Under the pieces are notes generated by a model, which saw nothing but the letters and a program-made list of their open reading frames with translations, ran no database searches and was not told the origin of the DNA. Position numbers and translations under genes: made by a program. Shown in pieces: positions 58,285-64,000 of a stretch of DNA of 64,000 nucleotides (positions within the stretch are counted from its first letter, which is position 1; every line of letters starts with the position of its first letter). Source of the stretch: Candidatus Altimarinota bacterium (GTDB lineage Bacteria > Patescibacteriota > Gracilibacteria > JBDHUY01); contig JBDHUY010000002.1 in NCBI GenBank assembly GCA_039809385.1, positions 96,001 to 160,000 of the forward strand, in the 5' to 3' direction.

Positions 58285-58884
58285 TCAGGTCGAAACCGAA
58301 AGCAGGATACTGATTTTTTCAGCCACCCAGTAGATCACTGTCCCGATAATCGAGATATGTGTCACGTATTCAAACAGAAGAATCGTTAAGAGGATGTAAG
58401 GCCCTACTCGAAAATACTCGTCCATCTGCTCATCGAATTTATGCGGAACGAAATAGCGAAAAACTTTGGCGCCATCCAGCGGATGAATCGGAAAAAGATT
58501 GAAAATGAACAGTAACAGATTCACGCCATACATACTTGAGAGATAAGGATAGAGTGGCGAGAGGTACGAGACGTACTTAAGGGGTATCGCCACAAGAAGG
58601 GCCAGGAGAAAGTTGGATACAGGTCCACTCAAAGAAATCAGAAAAGACCCCAAACGGGGATTTTTCAGATAGTACGGATTGAACGGTACGGGTTTGCCCC
58701 AGCCGAAATGGACAAGTAACAACATAATCGTCCCGACAGGATCGAGATGTACCAGCGGATTAAGAGACAGGCGTCCCTCGTATTTTGCCGTGGGATCGCC
58801 GAGATAATTGGCTACCCAGGCGTGGCAGAATTCGTGAATCGTAATGGCTATGACAAGGGCAACAATGTTGGGTATAAAATCCAT
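58285..58884 (-). CDS. Site-2 protease (peptidase M50)
   Basis: HEFCH, GDPTAK, NPLVHLDP, FGWGKPVP, FNLFPIHPLDG. Confidence 0.93.
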   Translation of the reverse strand: MDFIPNIVALVIAITIHEFCHAWVANYLGDPTAKYEGRLSLNPLVHLDPVGTIMLLLVHFGWGKPVPFNPYYLKNPRLGSFLISLSGPVSNFLLALLVAIPLKYVSYLSPLYPYLSSMYGVNLLLFIFNLFPIHPLDGAKVFRYFVPHKFDEQMDEYFRVGPYILLTILLFEYVTHISIIGTVIYWVAEKISILLSVST

Positions 58885-58973
58885 TTTGGCTTGCTTTTTA
58901 ATGATTCTCCGCGTACGATAGTCACCGTACAATTTTCATAGTAAACGTACATTTACCTTTTTTCAACCTAAAT

Positions 58974-59159
58974 ATGGCTGCTCGCTGTGAAATGTGCGGC
59001 AAAGAACCCAGTTCGGGACACAACGTATCGCACTCCAACCGTAAAACCAAACGCCGTTTCATGCCCAATCTGGTGCAAAAACAGATCTTCGACTCGGCGC
59101 ATAGTGTCATGGTGCGAACCAAGATCTGTACCCGCTGTTTAAAGACACTCGGAAAATAA
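58974..59159 (+). CDS. rpmB: 50S ribosomal protein L28 (zinc-ribbon form)
   Basis: MAARCEMCGK...GHNVSHSNRKTKRRFMPNL...CTRCLK. Confidence 0.96.
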   Translation: MAARCEMCGKEPSSGHNVSHSNRKTKRRFMPNLVQKQIFDSAHSVMVRTKICTRCLKTLGK

Positions 59160-59178
59160 GAATTGTATTCCATACGAC

Positions 59179-59217
59179 AAAAAAAGAGAAGTCAGGAAAT
59201 GGCTTCTCTTTTTTTTT
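59179..59217. terminator. Bidirectional intrinsic terminator after rpmB
   Basis: AAAAAAAGAGAAGTCA...TGGCTTCTCTTTTTTTTT between convergent genes. Confidence 0.75.
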
Positions 59218-59281
59218 GTAGATTCCCAGTATGGTTTCATATTGGTTTTGGCCATCGTTATCTATGGCCGTCTTCAAAAAA

Positions 59282-59941
59282 TTACCCCTTCATCGTCAGC
59301 GGATTCTTTTTGAGCAAGTGGGCATAATAGAGAGTATTGCGCGCCAGGTTTTTAGCCATATGCTGGGTTGCCTTGTTTTCGCGACGTCGTTTGGTACTGT
59401 CAAAGATACCGACTTCACCGACCCAATAAGCAGCACATTCTGGAGGCAACGTAAATCCCAGCCAGGCTAATACCATCATAATCGAGCCCATAACGTGGAG
59501 CGCCCCGTCTTCGCTGCCGGTAATTACCAGTCCTGCTACTTTGTTATATAAAGCGCTGCGGCCATTGGCAATATACTCTTCATCCAGGGCATCCATCCGC
59601 TCGATTACCCGCTGCATGAGACTCGAGCGCTCTCCCCACCAGATAGGCGTGGCAAACAAAATAATATCCGCGGCTTTGATCTTGGTAACGACATCCGGCC
59701 ACTGATCCCGCTCGTTTTCCCGAAACTCCAGTCCCACCGGAACCTCCAGATCAGACATGCGTACGATTTCTGTTTTTACATCCGCATCGATCTCTTTCAT
59801 AGTATCCAGTACCAGCTGAGCCAGTTCTCCGGTATTAGAAAATTCGGGCTCATGCTTAAGTGAGCAATTCAAGACCAAAACGTTTAGACTTTCCCCGCAG
59901 TGGTGCATATTGCAATCCAGCGTCGGTTTAGGTTTGTACAT
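59282..59941 (-). CDS. Flavodoxin-like NAD(P)H-dependent FMN reductase
   Basis: LNCSLK...SNT, ADIILFATPIWWG, VIERMD, NKVAG, GSEDG. Confidence 0.88.
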   Translation of the reverse strand: MYKPKPTLDCNMHHCGESLNVLVLNCSLKHEPEFSNTGELAQLVLDTMKEIDADVKTEIVRMSDLEVPVGLEFRENERDQWPDVVTKIKAADIILFATPIWWGERSSLMQRVIERMDALDEEYIANGRSALYNKVAGLVITGSEDGALHVMGSIMMVLAWLGFTLPPECAAYWVGEVGIFDSTKRRRENKATQHMAKNLARNTLYYAHLLKKNPLTMKG

Positions 59942-60021
59942 AAACAGAGATAAAAATATAAAATAACCTGTACGCCAGTATACCATCAAAAAATACAGAA
60001 TCGAGAATTTGAAATGATTTT

Positions 60022-61575
60022 TTATTTTACTCCTGCTTTTTCAGATTTTTCATCATCCTGTCTTCGCATGAGCATCTGTATCTGTTCTTTGCGAATAGCT
60101 TTGGTCAAAATCAGCAGTATGACGTAGATCAATCCGCCGAACAACATCAAAAGGACAATACCTTTATTCTGAAAAGCAGCGATTACCGGATTCTTGGAAA
60201 AATATACCGCCAATCCCATACCTATGCCGGCAATACTTATCTTTAAAATACTGGCCCAGTCGATCGAGAAACGTAAATAGCGGCGGCTGACCCAAAAAGT
60301 CCAGAACAACACAAATACCTCGGACACGACCGTAATCACCGCCGAAGCCTGAAAGCCCCAGAAGGGAATAGTACAGGCGTTCAGCAAAATATTCAGTAAC
60401 ACGGCACCGCTGTTGATCAACAACAGCTTTTTCTGCTGGTCTACCGAGACGAGCAGATAAATAAACAAGTTATTGATAAACGAAACGAACAGCGCGCCCG
60501 ACAACACCTTTAAAGCCCAGTCGGAACCAATAAAACCAAGCGCATAATCGGTCAGATATTCGGGAGAAGAGATCAAGTAAATAATTTGATACGACATAAC
60601 GGCAAGTCCGATAAAGATCGGCAGCCCGAGCGCAAATAAAAAAGAGAAAGAATACCGTAGCAATTCCCTGATTTTTTCGTTTTTATCTTCCAGATAGCGG
60701 GTCATCACCGGCAGGACCGTACTCATAAACAGGATCGGCAAGACATTGATCACTTCGATCACCTTGGTCGCAGTACTGTAGAGGCCGACTTGGGCACTAG
60801 CTTTTTCGCCCAGCAGCAGTGAGAGCATCAGACCGTCGACACGAATATAAATAGTCCCCAGGATAAGGGCTATACCGTAGGGTAAAGATTCTTTCATTAA
60901 GCGCTTCCACACATCGAGATTGAACTTATACGTAATCGTGACAATCCGCTTGGAATAGAAAAGTGTCACTAGCACCATCGAAATACTGCTGACAATACCA
61001 ACCAGGATCGTCAGATAAAATCCGTAATCGGCCAAAATGGGATTGGATACGAACTGCTCTTTGGGCAACAGGCCAAAAGCAATCACGGCCAAGCCGAGCA
61101 CGCTGACGACTTTGCCGACAATCAAACTCAGCGTGGCATACTGCATTTTCAGATATGTTTGAAAGACACTTACCAACACACCGTTGATCAAAGCAATCAC
61201 CGTTCCTATTCCAGAGATCAATATTCCCAGCGGAATAACCGTATTTTGATACTGCGGGATGAAAAATGCGGCAAAACAAGCTCCGCCGATGCTGAGTGTC
61301 GCCAGCAGTGTGCGGATGCTGAGAATATTACCGATAATCAACGGAACTTTCTCTTCGTTTTTGGCCATTTCCCGTACCGCGATCGTATAGATACCCAAGT
61401 CGGCGATAATGCTGAAAAACGCCAGATAGATATAGACGGTGTTATATTCCCCGTACGTCTCGGGGCTTAGATAATTCGTCAGGATTTTAACCGCGAAAAT
61501 GCTGAAAACCGCGATAACAACTTTGCCGAGAATCTGAACAACGGTATTTGAAAAAATTTTACGGGCGGTAGACAT
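60022..61575 (-). CDS. Polysaccharide flippase (Wzx/MOP family)
   Basis: About 13-14 TM segments; RKIFSNT, YLSPETYGEY, DLGI, VGLYSTA. Confidence 0.9.
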   Translation of the reverse strand: MSTARKIFSNTVVQILGKVVIAVFSIFAVKILTNYLSPETYGEYNTVYIYLAFFSIIADLGIYTIAVREMAKNEEKVPLIIGNILSIRTLLATLSIGGACFAAFFIPQYQNTVIPLGILISGIGTVIALINGVLVSVFQTYLKMQYATLSLIVGKVVSVLGLAVIAFGLLPKEQFVSNPILADYGFYLTILVGIVSSISMVLVTLFYSKRIVTITYKFNLDVWKRLMKESLPYGIALILGTIYIRVDGLMLSLLLGEKASAQVGLYSTATKVIEVINVLPILFMSTVLPVMTRYLEDKNEKIRELLRYSFSFLFALGLPIFIGLAVMSYQIIYLISSPEYLTDYALGFIGSDWALKVLSGALFVSFINNLFIYLLVSVDQQKKLLLINSGAVLLNILLNACTIPFWGFQASAVITVVSEVFVLFWTFWVSRRYLRFSIDWASILKISIAGIGMGLAVYFSKNPVIAAFQNKGIVLLMLFGGLIYVILLILTKAIRKEQIQMLMRRQDDEKSEKAGVK

Positions 61576-61821
61576 GGGAGCAGGGTAAACGTATTACGGA
61601 GTATCTATGAAGTATGGGCTACCAGAGATTGGCGGCCAGCAGCCAGTTAAAAAACCAAAATTTTGTACCAATTTCCGCAAATCCCGATCAATTTCTCGAA
61701 TACCGCGTAACTCTAGCATGAAAGCTGGAAACAAGACAAATATTTATCCTTAATCCCGAGAGGGTATTTTTATCTGTCTATTGATTTTCGTTGCTTGTCG
61801 TGATACAAGTTATATGTTTTT

Positions 61822-62079
61822 ATGAAAACAAACGACAAGAACAGCTCGGCTTCTGGACAGATTTCTTCCCTGCGTTCTTCAAAAGGTTTGGCAGGTGTCG
61901 CACTCGAATTTGCTCTGCTGATAGCTCTGCCGCCTGTTATATTAGTCTTTCCGGCAGTATATCTGGATCTGCAATTCAGAACACAACCGATTTTAATACT
62001 GCTAAGCTTTGCTTTGTCAGGCTTTGCCTCGATAGTACTGGTAGCCCGAAAAATAAAACAATACCAACGTAGTTTGTAA
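61822..62079 (+). CDS. AtpZ/AtpI-family small membrane protein
   Basis: Two TMs with a YLD motif, immediately upstream of atpB. Confidence 0.75.
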   Translation: MKTNDKNSSASGQISSLRSSKGLAGVALEFALLIALPPVILVFPAVYLDLQFRTQPILILLSFALSGFASIVLVARKIKQYQRSL

Positions 62080-62085
62080 ATTTAC

Positions 62086-62988
62086 ATGGAAATCTCTCTC
62101 AAAGCCGAAAAAATAACACAAATAGGTCCTTTCGATATAACCAACACGATGATTTCCTCGATAATCATCGTGGTTTTTTTTGTAATCCTGGCTTTTTTGA
62201 TAAAAAGAACACGCTATGATCTAAAAAATACGCTATACCATCTTGTAGAAGTATTTGTAGAATGGTTTTATGGCATAGTGTCACAAATGCTGGGAAAAGG
62301 CAAAACCGCATTATATGTATTTCCACTGGTAGCAACTTTTTTTCTGTTTATTATTACGAACAACTGGTTCGGACTTTTTCCGGGTGTAAATTCGGTCGGG
62401 ATCTACGAACCGAAACATCATCAAGAAATTTCCCATGTTGAACCTGATCAACGGGATATAATTTCCCCGGGAGAAAAAGCTGCCGGAATCCTCGGAGAAG
62501 CCGTCCATACTTCAGAGACATCTACGGCAGATGAAGTATCTGCCGACAAAGAGGAGTTAGTCTTTGTTCCCCTTCTGCGTTCTGCAAACAGCGACATAAA
62601 CATGACGCTCGCGATTGCACTAATTTCAATTGTCTTTGTTCAGATGATGGGCTTCAGACAACTGGGTGTCAGAGACTATGCCGGCAAATTTTTCAATTTT
62701 AGCAATCCGATCAATTTTTTTATCGGGATTCTTGAGCTGATCAGCGAAACCATTAAAATATTTTCATTTGCGTTTCGCCTGTTTGGCAATACGTTTGCCG
62801 GAGACGTTCTTTTGCTTGTGGTTTTCGGTCTTGTGCCGTATCTTATTCCGGCACCTTTCATTGCTTTCGAGCTGCTCGCCGGGTTTATCCAGGCTCTGGT
62901 TTTTTCAATGCTGACACTGGCATTTATCAAAACCGCAATTACCTCGCACCACCCGCCCCACGAGCAGCATGCCGTAACGGCACATTGA
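62086..62988 (+). CDS. atpB: ATP synthase F0 subunit a
   Basis: ITNTMI, NWFGLFPG, RSANSDIN, FRLFGN, IQALVFSML. Confidence 0.96.
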   Translation: MEISLKAEKITQIGPFDITNTMISSIIIVVFFVILAFLIKRTRYDLKNTLYHLVEVFVEWFYGIVSQMLGKGKTALYVFPLVATFFLFIITNNWFGLFPGVNSVGIYEPKHHQEISHVEPDQRDIISPGEKAAGILGEAVHTSETSTADEVSADKEELVFVPLLRSANSDINMTLAIALISIVFVQMMGFRQLGVRDYAGKFFNFSNPINFFIGILELISETIKIFSFAFRLFGNTFAGDVLLLVVFGLVPYLIPAPFIAFELLAGFIQALVFSMLTLAFIKTAITSHHPPHEQHAVTAH

Positions 62989-63092
62989 CGAAGGCTTAGA
63001 ATATGTTTAGTTAGCCCCTGACAAGACCCATGCAGAGCATTCCGACTTTATAAATTACCATTTATTTTATTTCTTATTTTATTCTTATCTGT

Positions 63093-63311
63093 ATGACCAA
63101 AGAGTTTGCGATTGCATTTATGATGATGGCCGCTTCAATCGGTCCGGCCATTGCTATCGGCTGGATGGCTTCTGCAGCATTCAATGCCGTAAGCCGTAAT
63201 CCAGAAGCAGCCGACAAAATCATGGGAAACTTTTTGCTCCCTCTGGCCTTGGCCGAAGCGATTGCCATTTATTCGCTGGTAGTGGCTTTGGTGTTGAAAT
63301 TCGTTGCCTAG
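63093..63311 (+). CDS. atpE: ATP synthase F0 subunit c
   Basis: SRNPEA loop and LAEAIAIY with the conserved Glu. Confidence 0.96.
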   Translation: MTKEFAIAFMMMAASIGPAIAIGWMASAAFNAVSRNPEAADKIMGNFLLPLALAEAIAIYSLVVALVLKFVA

Positions 63312-63399
63312 ATTTTTGCCTTACCGGTCTGGTTGGATGTTGATCTTTCCCGCCGCGAGCAGCTACTGCTTTGCCGGGGGGATTGATGAGCAGCCAAAG

Positions 63400-63550
63400 A
63401 CAATGCAAAGTGGAAAATGCAAAGTTTTATCGAATAAATCACAAATAATTTGTTAACCTTCAGATCGTCACAAAACATAAGGTTTCTCATTTTTGCTTCT
63501 ATTATGATATAAAAAGGAATTTTTGAACTTTTCACTTTGCATTTTTCACT
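63400..63550. repeat. Inverted heptamer-repeat element between atpE and atpF
   Basis: AATGCAAAGTGGAAAATGCAAAG ... CTTTTCACTTTGCATTTTTCACTT. Confidence 0.6.
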
Positions 63551-63551
63551 T

Positions 63552-64000
63552 ATGAATGAACTTCTCAACCAATTCGGCATTCAGGCGCATGTACTGATCG
63601 GACAAATACTCTTGTTTTTTATCGTTTTTTTCGTTTTGAAACGATATGTATTCGGTCCTGTACTACAACGACTGGAGGCACGACGCGGTACGATCGAGAA
63701 AAGTCTGGAACAGGCCAAAGAATTGGAAAACAAAACCCGTAATCTTCAACAGCAAATAGACCAGCAGCTCGCCGAAGCAAAACTACAAGCAGATCGGATC
63801 ATTCAGGATGCCAAGCAGATCGGGGAACAAGCACGCAACGAAATCCTGATCCGTACGAATAAGGAAATCACCGCGATGCTCGAAAAAGGGCGATTGGATA
63901 TTGCCCGGGAAAAAGAAACGATGATGCAGGATATCAAAAAATATATTACCCAGACCAGTGTGGAAATAGTCAAAAAGATTTTGGCAGAGAAGCTGGACGA
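63552..64000 (+). CDS. atpF: ATP synthase F0 subunit b (runs off window)
   Basis: Manual translation MNELLNQFGIQAHVLIGQILLFFIVFFVLKRYVFGPVLQRLEARRGTIEKSLEQAK...; follows atpE. Confidence 0.93.
   Translation, partial: MNELLNQFGIQAHVLIGQILLFFIVFFVLKRYVFGPVLQRLEARRGTIEKSLEQAKELENKTRNLQQQIDQQLAEAKLQADRIIQDAKQIGEQARNEILIRTNKEITAMLEKGRLDIAREKETMMQDIKKYITQTSVEIVKKILAEKLD

Noticed and set aside
1-64000. Alternative genetic code 25 (TGA = Gly) as in Gracilibacteria/Absconditabacteria
   Set aside because: Conserved genes are full length under code 11, and atpB and fmt end at TGA at the expected positions.

Overview
64 kb of chromosome from a probable Candidate Phyla Radiation (Patescibacteria) bacterium. 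The taxon is inferred from gene content and protein motifs and is Peregrinibacteria-like; TGA is used as stop, so the code is 11. Housekeeping genes (xerC/D-type recombinase, comEC-like MBL, metK, msrB, lepA, dnaX, fmt, rbfA, DHH phosphoesterase, tRNA-Arg(UCG), dgt, atpC, rpmB, atpI/B/E/F) surround a ~23 kb co-oriented minus-strand block (16853-40066). That block is the best candidate for an undescribed system. It holds three tandem peptidoglycan hydrolases of different chemistry (M23, NlpC/P60-like, lytic transglycosylase) that lack Sec signal peptides, a metzincin-type metalloprotease, a 1191-aa multi-hydrophobic protein with a pre-toxin TG-like segment flanked by two paralogous small helical proteins, a 1355-aa Cys-rich repeat surface protein, a trypsin-like protease and two large orphan proteins. 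It may be a host-attachment and cell-wall-breaching effector locus. Other notable items are an ~80-codon in-frame repeat-derived insertion in lepA, a RAYT transposase with seven cognate palindromic REPs, several other REP and heptamer families, an orphan Phd antitoxin with an intact operator, a decayed tRNA duplicate, a frameshifted PHP/EndoQ-family gene and two candidate structured RNAs. No database searches were possible. All family calls rest on motifs read by eye.
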